Source: Planctomycetota bacterium (GTDB taxonomy: Bacteria; Planctomycetota; UBA1135; UBA2386). From it: DNA of 64,000 nucleotides. Within the stretch, counting starts at the first letter, position 1, and each line of letters begins with the position of its first letter. Location of the stretch: contig JBKAGP010000001.1 in assembly GCA_046290465.1 (NCBI GenBank), forward strand, positions 4,544,001 through 4,608,000, given 5' to 3'. Of this stretch, positions 1 to 9,791 are shown in pieces. The translations under genes were made by a program, and so were the position numbers. Under the pieces are notes generated by a model that saw only the letters and a list, made by a program, of their open reading frames with translations, ran no database searches and was not told where the DNA came from.

Positions 1-1
1 G

Positions 2-637
2 GCGCGCGGCAACCTCGACGCGACGCTGGTGCGTCGGCTGCGCCGCGGCGCGCAGGCGCGCCTGCTCGGCCGGCCGGTCGTCGAGAGCCGCCCGTCGGTC
101 GAGAAGCTCGGCCGCGCGGCGCTGGTGCACGTGCTGACCGACGCGTTCGCCGACCGCGTGCTGGCGTTCGGCGTGCTGTTCCCGGCGACGCGCGACGGCG
201 CCTTCTCGTACGCGCTGCCCAAGGCGCGCGACGACGAGTGGCGCGCGTTCCGCGAACTGACGATCGACCTGCCGGTGCGCACGCCGCTGCTGCACTTCGG
301 CCAGGCGCTGCACCGCTGGCACGAGGAGCACGCGTTCTCGAGCGAGGCCGATCCGGCGATCGAGGCGCGCTTCATCGACCTGCAGAAGCGGCTGAAGTCG
401 GCGGCGGTCTACCCGGCGCCGGTCGCGCTGCTGCAGGACTTCGTGCAGCACGGCCTCGGCCGCGACCCGCACCGGCAGGGGCACGCAAGCGCCGCTGCGA
501 TGTGGTGCGAGGAGGACGACGCCGAGAAGCAGCTGGTCGACAAGCTGCGCAGCGACCTGCACGACATGGCCGACCTCAAGGCCCGGATCCTCGACGCGGC
601 GGCCGGTGAGGTCGACGAACGCGAGGCCCGGGCCTGA
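2..637 (+). CDS. C-terminal part of a protein truncated by the window edge; resembles a degenerate RNase_H_2-like C-terminal domain of TM0106-family RecB-like nucleases
   Basis: Frame is open from position 2 to TGA at 635-637. Segments TDAFADRVLAFGVL, PLLHFG, RFIDLQKRLK..AVYP, GHASAAAMW and KLRSDLHDM follow the order of TM0106/RNase_H_2 motifs as I recall them, but acidic catalytic positions look altered. Confidence 0.45.
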   Translation, partial: ARGNLDATLVRRLRRGAQARLLGRPVVESRPSVEKLGRAALVHVLTDAFADRVLAFGVLFPATRDGAFSYALPKARDDEWRAFRELTIDLPVRTPLLHFGQALHRWHEEHAFSSEADPAIEARFIDLQKRLKSAAVYPAPVALLQDFVQHGLGRDPHRQGHASAAAMWCEEDDAEKQLVDKLRSDLHDMADLKARILDAAAGEVDEREARA

Positions 638-639
638 GC

Positions 640-1986
640 GTGCTGCCGTTCGCCGAGGTGCCGGTCGATCTCGGGACCGTCAAGCTGGTGATGCCGTTCG
701 TCGGGCTGGCGCTCGTGATCGTGCTCGCCCGAGAACTGCGCAACGCGCCGGCCAACCTGCTGGTGCTGATGTTCACGGCGTTCGTCGACATGGCCGGGCT
801 GTTCCTGGTCATCCCGCTGGTGCCGTTCTACGTGAAGCTGTTCCGTGAGAACGGCGAGACGCTGTTCGGCCTCGACATCGGCGTCGGCTTCCTGACCGGG
901 CTGGTGGTGACATCGTTCACGGTCGCGCAGCTGCTGACGGCGCCGTTCTGGGGCCGCTTCTCCGATCGCCACGGCCGGCGCGCGGCGATGACGGTCGCGC
1001 TCACCGCGTCGACGATCGCCTACCTGCTGTTCGGCTTCGCCGACTCGCTGTGGCTGCTGCTGCTGTCGCGCGTCGTGCAGGGTGCCGGCGGTGGCCTCGT
1101 CGGGGTCATCCAGGCCTACGTCGCCGACGCGGTCGAACCCTCGCAGCGAACCCGCGCGCTCGGCTGGCTGTCGGCGTCGACCAACCTCGGCGTCGCGCTC
1201 GGCCCGTTCATCGGTTCGTGTTCGCTGGGCCTGGCCGAAGTGGACCTGTGGCCTGGCGACTACGAGCTGGTGCTCGGCAACGCCGTGCCGGGCGTGCTCG
1301 CGGCGCTGCTCTGCGTCGTCAACGCCGCCTTCGCGCTGCGCTACCTGAAGGAGAGCGCGGCGCGCCAGCCGAAGGACCGCAAGCGGCCACCGATCCTGTC
1401 CGCCGTGCGGCAGGTGCTGGCGCATCCACGCGAGCCGGCGTCGCGGATCATCCTGATCTACGCGCTCGCGATCGGGACCGCGCACGCGATCAATCCGCTG
1501 ATGGCGCTGTTCCTCGACGACCGCATGGGGATCGACGACAAGAGCATCGGATACGTGTTCATGTATATCGGCTCGGTGTCGGTGTTCGCCCGGGTGCTGC
1601 TGTTGGGGCGCGCGGTCGACCGGTTGGGTGAGGTGCGCGTGTCACGCATCGGCATCTGCTCGCTGGCGATGTTCTTCCTGCTGATGCCGTTCGTCGGCTC
1701 GCTCGGGGCGCTGGCGCTGGTGCTCGCGTTCCAACCGGTCGGGATGGCGCTGACGTTCCCGTGCATGACCGCGCTGCTGTCGCGGCTGGTGCCGCAGACC
1801 GACCGGGGGATGTACATGGGCGTGCAGCAGTCGTTTGCCGGGTTGGTGCGGGTGCTGGCGCCGTTGCTGTATGGGAATGCGTACGACCTGATCGACCAGG
1901 GCGCGCCGTTCTGGATCGCGGGTGGGGCGGTGCTGGCGACGTTGCTGTTGGGGGTGGGGTTGCGCAAGGCGACGGCGGGGGCGTGA
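640..1986 (+). CDS. MFS transporter, DHA1/TetA-like drug:H+ antiporter family
   Basis: About 12 hydrophobic segments; MFS motif A (WGRFSDRHGRR); SRVVQG and GVALGPFIG motifs. GTG start 2 nt after the upstream stop. Confidence 0.9.
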   Translation: MLPFAEVPVDLGTVKLVMPFVGLALVIVLARELRNAPANLLVLMFTAFVDMAGLFLVIPLVPFYVKLFRENGETLFGLDIGVGFLTGLVVTSFTVAQLLTAPFWGRFSDRHGRRAAMTVALTASTIAYLLFGFADSLWLLLLSRVVQGAGGGLVGVIQAYVADAVEPSQRTRALGWLSASTNLGVALGPFIGSCSLGLAEVDLWPGDYELVLGNAVPGVLAALLCVVNAAFALRYLKESAARQPKDRKRPPILSAVRQVLAHPREPASRIILIYALAIGTAHAINPLMALFLDDRMGIDDKSIGYVFMYIGSVSVFARVLLLGRAVDRLGEVRVSRIGICSLAMFFLLMPFVGSLGALALVLAFQPVGMALTFPCMTALLSRLVPQTDRGMYMGVQQSFAGLVRVLAPLLYGNAYDLIDQGAPFWIAGGAVLATLLLGVGLRKATAGA

Positions 1987-2315
1987 GCGCCAGTCGCGGT
2001 GATGGACCGGTGGTCGCCCTCAATGGCAACGCCTTGTGGGAGTTTCGCTCGCGTGCGAAGTGTTTGGTAGATCCTCCGCCGGGAGCCTGGCCGACTTGTG
2101 ATCCCCGCGTCGGCCGTGCTCAGGATCCTCGGCAGTCTCGAGGCGCAATACTGAATCCTCGTCCGCGTTCGGGCAAGTTACGTTGTTGCTGTTGCGACCG
2201 CCTCCAGGCCGTCAGGCCAACGGTGGACTGCTCCTGGCGTCAGATGGTCAGAGACCTACGTATTCTGCTGACCAATTATGTTGCTGCGTACTCTCGTGTT
2301 GCTGCTGTCGAAGGG

Positions 2316-2693
2316 ATGGTGAGTCATAAGTTCGCTTCTCTTCTTCTTCCTCTGTTTCTGGCGGCGGCTGCAGCGGCGCAAGGCACAGCTGACATCTCTG
2401 TTTCGGGGCGCGACGCCAACGGGACGCGAGTCCTGAAGGTGGACATGTCGGGCGTCACTGGTGGGACGGTGACCGTCTACTTCGGACCCAACAACAGCTA
2501 CACCTTGCAGCCCGGCACGGGCGTTCATGAGTTCTCGTGGCCGGATGCGACCAGTGTCATCATCACGAGCAGCAACGGGAAAAAGGTGTCTGGCTACAAC
2601 AAGGCTCCGACCGCGAGCGATGAGACTGTCCTCTCCACTGACGACAGCGGCTACGACGCTGACGCGGTCGGGCCAGACCTGACAATCTCGTAG
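2316..2693 (+). CDS. Small secreted hypothetical protein (125 aa)
   Basis: ATG at 2316 after AAGGG. Signal peptide MVSHKFASLLLPLFLAAAAAA-Q followed by a beta-rich G/S/T/D domain. More A/T-ending codons than flanking genes. Confidence 0.6.
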   Translation: MVSHKFASLLLPLFLAAAAAAQGTADISVSGRDANGTRVLKVDMSGVTGGTVTVYFGPNNSYTLQPGTGVHEFSWPDATSVIITSSNGKKVSGYNKAPTASDETVLSTDDSGYDADAVGPDLTIS

Positions 2694-2840
2694 TCGTGCA
2701 AGCGGGGTGAGGGCTGAGGGCTGCCTGCGCAAGTTGCCATGCTGACGGCCTCACTCCGCCGGTCGCCTCTGGTCTGCGGGCTGCATGCGAATACGCTGTC
2801 ACCGGCGCGCGGCGAACGCTGCCGCAGAGCCACGTCGATC

Positions 2841-5033
2841 ATGACCCAAAGACGCCACCTGTTGGTCTTGCCGCTGCTTCTGATCTTCGTGGCGGCGGCC
2901 ATCGTGGTCGCACTCTCAAGTGCGGCCAACCCGACCGTTGGATCAGGAGGAGCCGGTGGGCAGACGCCTGAACCACCAAGTGCTGGTGGTATTCCACGCA
3001 GTCCGACATCTGCCACGCCGGATCCCGGCGAACGCGTCGTTGTTCAGTCGGGTGGGGCCTCGCCGCAACCGGCTGCAACTGATCGCGACGCACCGTCGCT
3101 GACGGTGCGAAGCGTCACTGCCGAGGGAGACATGCTGCCGGGCTGTCGTCTGCTGTTGCGAGCGACGTCGTCCTTCCGCGGGCAACGGGCGTACGAGCGG
3201 CAGCTGGACGAGGTCGCGGACGGGGCGCATGCGACGACGGGTCTGCCGCCCGGTCGCTACCGGGTCGTCTCGTCGGTGCCCAACATCAAGCAGGCGGTCG
3301 CCGAACTGGTCTGGCAGGGAACGGCCTCCGAAACGGTGACCGTGAGCATCGCGCCGCGGCGCAACCTGCTCGCCGGTGTCGTGCGCACGCCGTCGGTTGC
3401 GGCGGTCGAGAAAGTGCTCGTGCTCGATCATGCTCGCACGTCGCAGGCCTACTACTGCGTCACGGACGAGCGGGGCAGGTTCCTGTTCTGTCGCAAGGAA
3501 GCATGCTCCGAAGCCACGGCGAAGCTGCGGCTGTCGAGTCGTCATGGCGGCGCGGTCGTCGACAGCGCCGAGCCGGTCGAACTCTTCTGGGGAAGCCTCG
3601 ATGCCGTCGTCCATGCGCACGAACGTGCGGACCTGACGGTGCTGCTGTCGGATCGTGATGGGCATGCGATCGACACGTTCACCGTGTATGCGGAGTCGAC
3701 GTTCGACGGCGTTCGTGTCGTGCGCCGTGCCGAGGCAAAAGCGGGGGTTGCCAGGGTGTCCGCGGTTCCGACGGGGCGGGCGCGCATCCTGGCGGTGCCG
3801 GATCGGGGATGGGTGCCGGCTCGCGGCGTCGTCGACATCGCCCGAGACGGAAGCGGGCGCGTGCAGTTGGCGACGGACGTCGCCGCGCTGCTCGAGGGGC
3901 GGGTGATGACAGGTGGGGCGCTGCTGTCGGGGCCGCAGGTCGTGGTGCGGGTCGAGCCCGTACGACGACCGGATCCGTCCGAGCGCCCGACGGTCGGCGA
4001 CCTTCTTCTCGAGTCCGCCAGCGCTTCGACTGCGTCCGAGGTGGCGGTGCAAGCGGTCGCGCGCGACGGGCGGTTTGCGTTCGGCTGCGATCCAGGCCGC
4101 GAGTACCACGTGCACGTGACGGCGCCGGGCCATGCATCGTTCCGGTGCAAGGTGGCGGCCACGAACGGCAGCTTTCCGATGGTCGAGGCGGTGCTCCTAC
4201 CCGACCTGACCGTTCTGGCCTCCGTCGTTCCGCCGGAGGCAGGCGACTGGCTGGCCCGCTACGCCGAACAGCAGGGGCCCGGTGCGCTCGGCAAGACGTG
4301 CTGCTTTGCGTTGACGGAAGCGAACCCGGCTCCTGGCAGCAAGCGGCGACAGATCGTGGCCATGCCGGATGCGGCCGGCTGGTTGCAGTTCGAGCCCGTG
4401 TTTCCCGGTGCGTGGTACTTCCAGTTCCGCGGCCCGTTGGAAGCGCGGCTCGTCGAAACCGTCCAGATCGAAGGTGCCGCTGCGCCCTCCCTGGCCCCCG
4501 TGGATCTCGAGCACCTGCGCCCCGGCTCGCTCGTCGGGGCCGTGGCGGGTGGTGCCGGACTCGGCCGTCCCGTGCAGTTGGCGGCGTCTCGGGGTATCGG
4601 CCAGATGCAGGTGCCGATCGACGAGGACGGGGCGTTTCGCATGGCGCTTCCCGGCGGTGACTACCTGCTGCGGGTCCGGTTCGAACACGATGGCGCGACG
4701 CGGGACGTCGTGTGGCCGCGGCGTGTGCAGGTGCTGGCCGGTGCGCAGGTCGACGTGCAGATCCCGATGACCCTGCAGAGAGTCGAGGTCGTCGTGGTCG
4801 CCGATGCGTCGGGCCAACCGCTCGCCGGAGCGCGGCTGAGCATCGACGAAGACCGGGCGTTCGGTGAGTCCCGTTCGTGGGTCGCGGACGAGTCCGGGAA
4901 GGTGACGATCGAGCCCTGCCCGATCGGTGAGTTCGGACTCTCTATCCTGGATACGGATTCGATGAAGTGGACCCATCTGCAGCGGGTGGCCGCCGGTGGT
5001 GGTGTGCCGGTCGAGGTCAGGGTCGGGCGATAG
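2841..5033 (+). CDS. Membrane-anchored protein with repeated carboxypeptidase-regulatory-like beta-sandwich domains
   Basis: N-terminal TM helix (LLVLPLLLIFVAAAIVVAL), Pro/Ser linker, then repeated motifs GLPPGRYRV, TDERGRF, DGRFAF..HVTAPGHA, DEDGAFRMALPGGDYLL and ASGQPLAGA..ADESG. Confidence 0.65.
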   Translation: MTQRRHLLVLPLLLIFVAAAIVVALSSAANPTVGSGGAGGQTPEPPSAGGIPRSPTSATPDPGERVVVQSGGASPQPAATDRDAPSLTVRSVTAEGDMLPGCRLLLRATSSFRGQRAYERQLDEVADGAHATTGLPPGRYRVVSSVPNIKQAVAELVWQGTASETVTVSIAPRRNLLAGVVRTPSVAAVEKVLVLDHARTSQAYYCVTDERGRFLFCRKEACSEATAKLRLSSRHGGAVVDSAEPVELFWGSLDAVVHAHERADLTVLLSDRDGHAIDTFTVYAESTFDGVRVVRRAEAKAGVARVSAVPTGRARILAVPDRGWVPARGVVDIARDGSGRVQLATDVAALLEGRVMTGGALLSGPQVVVRVEPVRRPDPSERPTVGDLLLESASASTASEVAVQAVARDGRFAFGCDPGREYHVHVTAPGHASFRCKVAATNGSFPMVEAVLLPDLTVLASVVPPEAGDWLARYAEQQGPGALGKTCCFALTEANPAPGSKRRQIVAMPDAAGWLQFEPVFPGAWYFQFRGPLEARLVETVQIEGAAAPSLAPVDLEHLRPGSLVGAVAGGAGLGRPVQLAASRGIGQMQVPIDEDGAFRMALPGGDYLLRVRFEHDGATRDVVWPRRVQVLAGAQVDVQIPMTLQRVEVVVVADASGQPLAGARLSIDEDRAFGESRSWVADESGKVTIEPCPIGEFGLSILDTDSMKWTHLQRVAAGGGVPVEVRVGR

Positions 5034-5078
5034 GGCTCGTGTGGCGCGGTTGTCGCTCGGTTGTCGGCGTGAGCCCCC

Positions 5079-5558
5079 CTACATCCGCGCCAACGATACC
5101 TCCGCCACACTCGTCCTGAGGCTGCCGTCGTACGATACATCCACCAGCAGCTCCACCTTGTCCCCGCTCCAACTCCCCTCCGCGTGCAGCCGCGACACGT
5201 TGCCGCGCACGCCGTCGCAGTCGATGACCAGCGTGCCGTCGGCCAGCAGATGGCCGGTGATCTCCCCGAACACGAACGAGTCGTGCCCGCGCAGCGTCGC
5301 CTGGTGGGCGCCGACTTCCGCGACGAACCGTTCGGTCGGCACCGTGACGCCCGGCAGCGCGCCGCCGAGCAGGTCGCACTCGAACTCCAGCTCCGTGCCG
5401 TTGTCGACGACCCGCATCTCCAGGCCGCCGCGCCGGCCCGTGTCGTCCTTCCAGCGGCCGCGCCACGTGCCCACGAACGGCAGCGGGTCGAACGTCGGGG
5501 CTGCGTCCGCGCCGCAGGCGGTGAGGATGCAGAAGGCCAACAGGGAAGCTTGCTTCAT
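5079..5558 (-). CDS. Hypothetical lipoprotein
   Basis: Lipobox-like ILTAC; FVGTWRGRW followed by beta-strand-rich sequence; strong GC3 bias. Confidence 0.6.
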   Translation of the reverse strand: MKQASLLAFCILTACGADAAPTFDPLPFVGTWRGRWKDDTGRRGGLEMRVVDNGTELEFECDLLGGALPGVTVPTERFVAEVGAHQATLRGHDSFVFGEITGHLLADGTLVIDCDGVRGNVSRLHAEGSWSGDKVELLVDVSYDGSLRTSVAEVSLARM

Positions 5559-5680
5559 CTGCTCATCCTCGCACGCACGCCGCGCGTGCCCAGTCCCGCA
5601 CGGGGGTCGCGGGGGATTCTCCCCGTTCGGTTACCGCATGGCCGCTGCGGTGCGATGATGGCGCCGCTCCCGGTACCACG

Positions 5681-7039
5681 ATGCACCAACCACACCTTGC
5701 GCGCGCGGCGACGCTGGCGCTGTCGATGGCCCTGGCCGCCGCCCTTTCGGGCCAGAACGACTCCACGCCCGTGACCGCGGCGCGGCCGAAGCGGCCGCAC
5801 ATCGTCGTGATCGTGAGTGACGACGCGGGTTACCAGGACTTCTCGGTGCAGGGGAGCAAGGACATCGCGACGCCGCGCATCGACTCGATCGCCGCGGGCG
5901 GGGTGCGCTTCACCAACGGCTACGTCTCCGGCGCCGTGTGCAGCCCGTCGCGCGCTGGCCTGATGACGGGGCGCTACCAGCAACGCTTCGGGCACGAACT
6001 CAACATCCCGCCGCGGTTCAGCGAGGAGAACGGGCTGCCGCTGACCGAGCGCACGATCGCCGATGAGCTGCAGGCGGCGGGCTATCGCACGATCGCGCTC
6101 GGCAAGTGGCACCTCGGCTACGCCGACAAGTTCCATCCGCTGTCGCGTGGGTTCGAGCACTACTGGGGCTTCCTGCAGGGGGCGCGCTCGTACTTTCCGC
6201 TGCAGAAGCCGACGCGGCTCAACCGGCTGTTGCGCGATCGAAAGGTGCAGGCGGAGGCGTTCGACTACATGACCGACGAGCTGGGGCGGCAGGCGGCTGC
6301 GTACATCTCGCAGCGCGGCGACGAGCCGCTGTTCGTCTACCTCGCCTACAACGCGGTGCACACGCCGATGCACGCGGTCGGCGCGGACCTCGAAGGGCTG
6401 ACCGGCCCGCAGCGGCGGCAGAAGCTGGTCGCGATGACGCATGCGCTGGATCGCTCGGTCGGCTACGTGCTCGATGCGCTCGACGAGGCGGGCATCGCCG
6501 ACGACACGCTGGTGTTCTTCGTCAACGACAACGGGGGCGCGACCAACAACGCCTCCAAGAACGGCGCGCTGCGCGGGCGCAAGGGTTCGGTCTGGGAGGG
6601 CGGCATCCGCGTGCCGTTCCTGGCGCGCTGGCCCAACGGGTTGCCCGAGGGCAAGGTCTACGACCAGCCGGTGATCGCGCTCGACATCCTGCCGACGTGC
6701 CTCGCCGCGGCGGGCCAGCAGCAGCAGGGCAAGCTGCCGCTGGATGGAGTCGACCTGCTGCCGCACCTTCGCGGGCGGCAGAGCGCGCCGCCGCACGACG
6801 TGTTGTTGTGGCGGCACGGCGACAAGTGGGCGATCCGCAGTGGCGATTGGAAGCTGCTGCAGCAGGGCGGCGGGGAGGCGATGCTGTTCGACCTCGCCAA
6901 CGATGTCGGCGAGCAGCAGGATCGCGCCGCGGGCGAAGCCGAGCGGGTCGCGGCGCTGCGGTCCCGATACGAGACCTGGGACGCGCAGCTGATCGCGCCG
7001 CGGTGGAGCTATGGGAAGAAGCGCGCCGGCAAGAAGTGA
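5681..7039 (+). CDS. Formylglycine-dependent (type I) sulfatase, secreted
   Basis: Signal peptide, PHIVVIVSDDAG, signature CSPSRAGLMTG, GKWHLG, NDNGG, RGRKGSVWEGGIRVP. Confidence 0.93.
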   Translation: MHQPHLARAATLALSMALAAALSGQNDSTPVTAARPKRPHIVVIVSDDAGYQDFSVQGSKDIATPRIDSIAAGGVRFTNGYVSGAVCSPSRAGLMTGRYQQRFGHELNIPPRFSEENGLPLTERTIADELQAAGYRTIALGKWHLGYADKFHPLSRGFEHYWGFLQGARSYFPLQKPTRLNRLLRDRKVQAEAFDYMTDELGRQAAAYISQRGDEPLFVYLAYNAVHTPMHAVGADLEGLTGPQRRQKLVAMTHALDRSVGYVLDALDEAGIADDTLVFFVNDNGGATNNASKNGALRGRKGSVWEGGIRVPFLARWPNGLPEGKVYDQPVIALDILPTCLAAAGQQQQGKLPLDGVDLLPHLRGRQSAPPHDVLLWRHGDKWAIRSGDWKLLQQGGGEAMLFDLANDVGEQQDRAAGEAERVAALRSRYETWDAQLIAPRWSYGKKRAGKK

Positions 7040-7101
7040 GCGAGGCGGCCGCCGTAGCTCGGGGCTGCCGGCCGACCGCTACGGTGTGCTTTAATGTCGT
7101 G

Positions 7102-8460
7102 ATGCGTTCCCGGGGACTGCACACCACTTCGATCGTCGCGCTGGCCGCGCTGCTGGCGTCCTGTGGTGGCGGTGGTGGCGGCGGCGACACGATCCCGATC
7201 CAGCCGCCGATCGACACCGTCCTGGCGGAGGCGAGCATCGGTCCGGCCGGGGGCACGGTGCGCGTCGACAGCGGCGAGAACGAGGGCCTCGAGCTGACCG
7301 TGCCGGCGGGTGCCGTCGCCGTGCCGACCAGCTTCCGTCTGCTGCTGAGCCGGACCTCGAGCGACGTTCCGAGCGCGTTCCCGGTCTATCGCTTCGAGCC
7401 GGAGTCGCTCGACTTCCACGGCCAGAACGTCACCGTCACGCTGCCGGCGTCGGACGCGTTCTTCCTCGGCGGCACGCCGGCGCTGACGGTGTTCTCGCGC
7501 GAGCGCTTCGGGGCGCCGTGGAGCGCGCTGCTCGGCACGACCGTCGACGTCGCCGCGCGCCGGGTCAGCGTGACGACCGACCGGCTCGGCGACATGGTCG
7601 CGTGGACCGGCAACCTGCATCGGCTGTTCACGCAGCAGAACGGCTTCGTCGATCCCGCCACCGACGCCAACGCCGAGTTCGTCGCCGGCGTGCAGGTGCT
7701 GGTCGACAACGGCTCGATCCCGCGCCAGGTCGGCCGCGGCAGCCTGGCGTCGTTCTGGAACTCGTCGACGACCGACAACGTGATCATCCTGCACGGCGCG
7801 CTCGGCTCGCCGCTGGACTTCCTCGGCGACGAGGACTTCGTCGAGAACCTGGCGCTGACGCACGACAACGTGGTGCTGTTCTCGTATCCGTCGGCGCGCG
7901 GCGTCGCATATGCCGCCAACGAGCTCTACGACCTGATCCAGGCCAACCGCAAGCCGGGCTTCGGCTGCCGGATCGTCGGCCACAGCCTCGGCGCGCTGAT
8001 CGGGCGTTACCTGCTGGAGCGTTCGCCGACCGACGTGACGCGGGCCGGCTACCAGGTCGGCGACCCGTCGCTGGTCCCGATCGTCGACAAGCTGATCCTG
8101 GTCGCGCCGCCCAACGCGGGCGCGGCGGGAGCGGTCGGACCGTTTGCGTTGCTGGAGTCGGTGATCACGCCGGACGAGGCCTACCTGCTGCAGGCGGCGG
8201 ACGATCTGAGCGAACGGCCGGGCTCGCTGCCGTTCGAGATGAACGCGAGCTACGTCGACAACGCGACCCGCTACCACGTCATCTACGGCGATCTCGGCGG
8301 CGGCACGGACGGCGTGGTGCCGGTGGCCAGCGCGACGGCGCTGCCGGTCGGGGCCAGCGAGACGTCGACGATGTTCGTCGCGCAGCACGACGACCTGCAC
8401 CGTCTGGCGACGTCGCTCGGCATCGCGGTGTGGATGGGGACGCTGCTGCAGGTGCAGTGA
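7102..8460 (+). CDS. Lipoprotein with ZU5-like N-terminal domain and alpha/beta-hydrolase (lipase-like) domain
   Basis: Lipobox LLASC plus a poly-Gly linker; IGPAGGTV..LTVPAGAV (ZU5-like); ILHG, nucleophile elbow GHSLG, APPNAG, DGVVP and a terminal His (HDDLH). Confidence 0.75.
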   Translation: MRSRGLHTTSIVALAALLASCGGGGGGGDTIPIQPPIDTVLAEASIGPAGGTVRVDSGENEGLELTVPAGAVAVPTSFRLLLSRTSSDVPSAFPVYRFEPESLDFHGQNVTVTLPASDAFFLGGTPALTVFSRERFGAPWSALLGTTVDVAARRVSVTTDRLGDMVAWTGNLHRLFTQQNGFVDPATDANAEFVAGVQVLVDNGSIPRQVGRGSLASFWNSSTTDNVIILHGALGSPLDFLGDEDFVENLALTHDNVVLFSYPSARGVAYAANELYDLIQANRKPGFGCRIVGHSLGALIGRYLLERSPTDVTRAGYQVGDPSLVPIVDKLILVAPPNAGAAGAVGPFALLESVITPDEAYLLQAADDLSERPGSLPFEMNASYVDNATRYHVIYGDLGGGTDGVVPVASATALPVGASETSTMFVAQHDDLHRLATSLGIAVWMGTLLQVQ

Positions 8461-9719
8461 GGCCGCGCTGGGTGCCGATCGCGGCGGCCGCGGCGGCGGT
8501 CGTGCTGGCCGGGTGGATCTGGTGGCCGGCGATGGAGGTGCCGGTGCCCGTCGCGCGGCAGCCGGTCGTCGAAGGGTTCGAACGCGCGGCAGCACGGGCG
8601 CCCATCGAGGTGGCATCCGGCGAGGTCGCGTCCCGCGAGGACGATGCGGCCGGTGAGCGGGTCGTCGCGGCCGAGGACGCCCGGCCACGCACGTTGACGG
8701 TGTCCGTCGATCCGGGGCCGTACGAACTGCCGGACGACCTGCGCATCGAGCTTCGCTTCGGCCCCGAGCCGTTCGAACGGGTGCAGCGGCTGCGTGTCGG
8801 GCACGACGGCGTCGCCACGTGGACGGCCGGTGAGCAGGGCGTGTGGCCGGATCGGGTCGGCTTCGCGTTTCCGACGCGCAGGCAGAGCACGGTGCGGGTC
8901 GGCGATCGAGACCGGTTGGTGCTGCCGTTGCCGGCGACCTGTCGGCTGGTGTTCGAGGTCCAGGACGTGGACGGCCAGCCCGCGGCCGACGCCAGGGCGC
9001 TGTCGGTCACCGCGCCGTGGGCGCTGCAGGTGCGCGGCAAGCCGCGCCGGGTCGAGCTGGTCGAGGGCCGCGCACACCTGCTGGCCGAGGCCGTGGGCGA
9101 AGCCGTGCAGGTCGAGGTGATCACGTCGACGTCGCGAACCGCACGCGCCGATCTGTGGACGGCGCAGCGCGCTGGCGAACGCGTCGCCTGCCGGATCCAG
9201 CTCGATCCGGTGGGGGGCGTGCCGTTCGGCGTGCGCGACCTGCCAGCGAACGGCGCGCCGTGGCGCGTCGAGCTGTTCTTGCGTGGCGGCATGGACTCGG
9301 TGCGCGCGCCGCGGCACGGGCCGGGCTACCTCGCCTTCTGCCGCCAGGCCCCCGGGGACGAACCCGGAGCGTTGCTCGACGAGCACTGCTTCGTCGTTGC
9401 CCGAGGATCGGCCAACCCGCTCTGGGGGCCGCTGCGCGGGCGGGTCGCGGCGATGCGGCCGCTGGCGCAGGTGGCGGCCGGTCGCGTCGTCGACGACGCG
9501 GGCCGAGGCGTCGAGGGGGTGGTGGTCGAGGTCTGGCCGGCTGCCGATCGGCCGCTGCTCGGGGCCCGGATCGCATCGACGCGCAGCGCGCGGGACGGCT
9601 CGTTCGTCGTGCACGGGCCGGATCCCGAGGTCGTGGCGATGGTGCTCCACGTGCCGTCGACCCGACGGCTGGTGCCGTTGCCGCACCAGGGGCCGATGCT
9701 GCTGCGCGCAAGCCGCTGA
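8457..9719 (+). CDS. Membrane-anchored hypothetical protein with carboxypeptidase-regulatory-like domains
   Basis: GTG start overlaps the upstream stop (GTGA). N-terminal TM helix; DVDGQPAADA and GRVVDDAGRGVEGVVVEV..SARDGSF motifs. Confidence 0.6.
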   Translation: MRPRWVPIAAAAAAVVLAGWIWWPAMEVPVPVARQPVVEGFERAAARAPIEVASGEVASREDDAAGERVVAAEDARPRTLTVSVDPGPYELPDDLRIELRFGPEPFERVQRLRVGHDGVATWTAGEQGVWPDRVGFAFPTRRQSTVRVGDRDRLVLPLPATCRLVFEVQDVDGQPAADARALSVTAPWALQVRGKPRRVELVEGRAHLLAEAVGEAVQVEVITSTSRTARADLWTAQRAGERVACRIQLDPVGGVPFGVRDLPANGAPWRVELFLRGGMDSVRAPRHGPGYLAFCRQAPGDEPGALLDEHCFVVARGSANPLWGPLRGRVAAMRPLAQVAAGRVVDDAGRGVEGVVVEVWPAADRPLLGARIASTRSARDGSFVVHGPDPEVVAMVLHVPSTRRLVPLPHQGPMLLRASR

Positions 9720-9791
9720 ACGCACCGCCACCAGTCGGTTGGAACCGCGCGGTCGCGGCGCGATGATCGGCCGACCGCTGAGCCCCGCACC

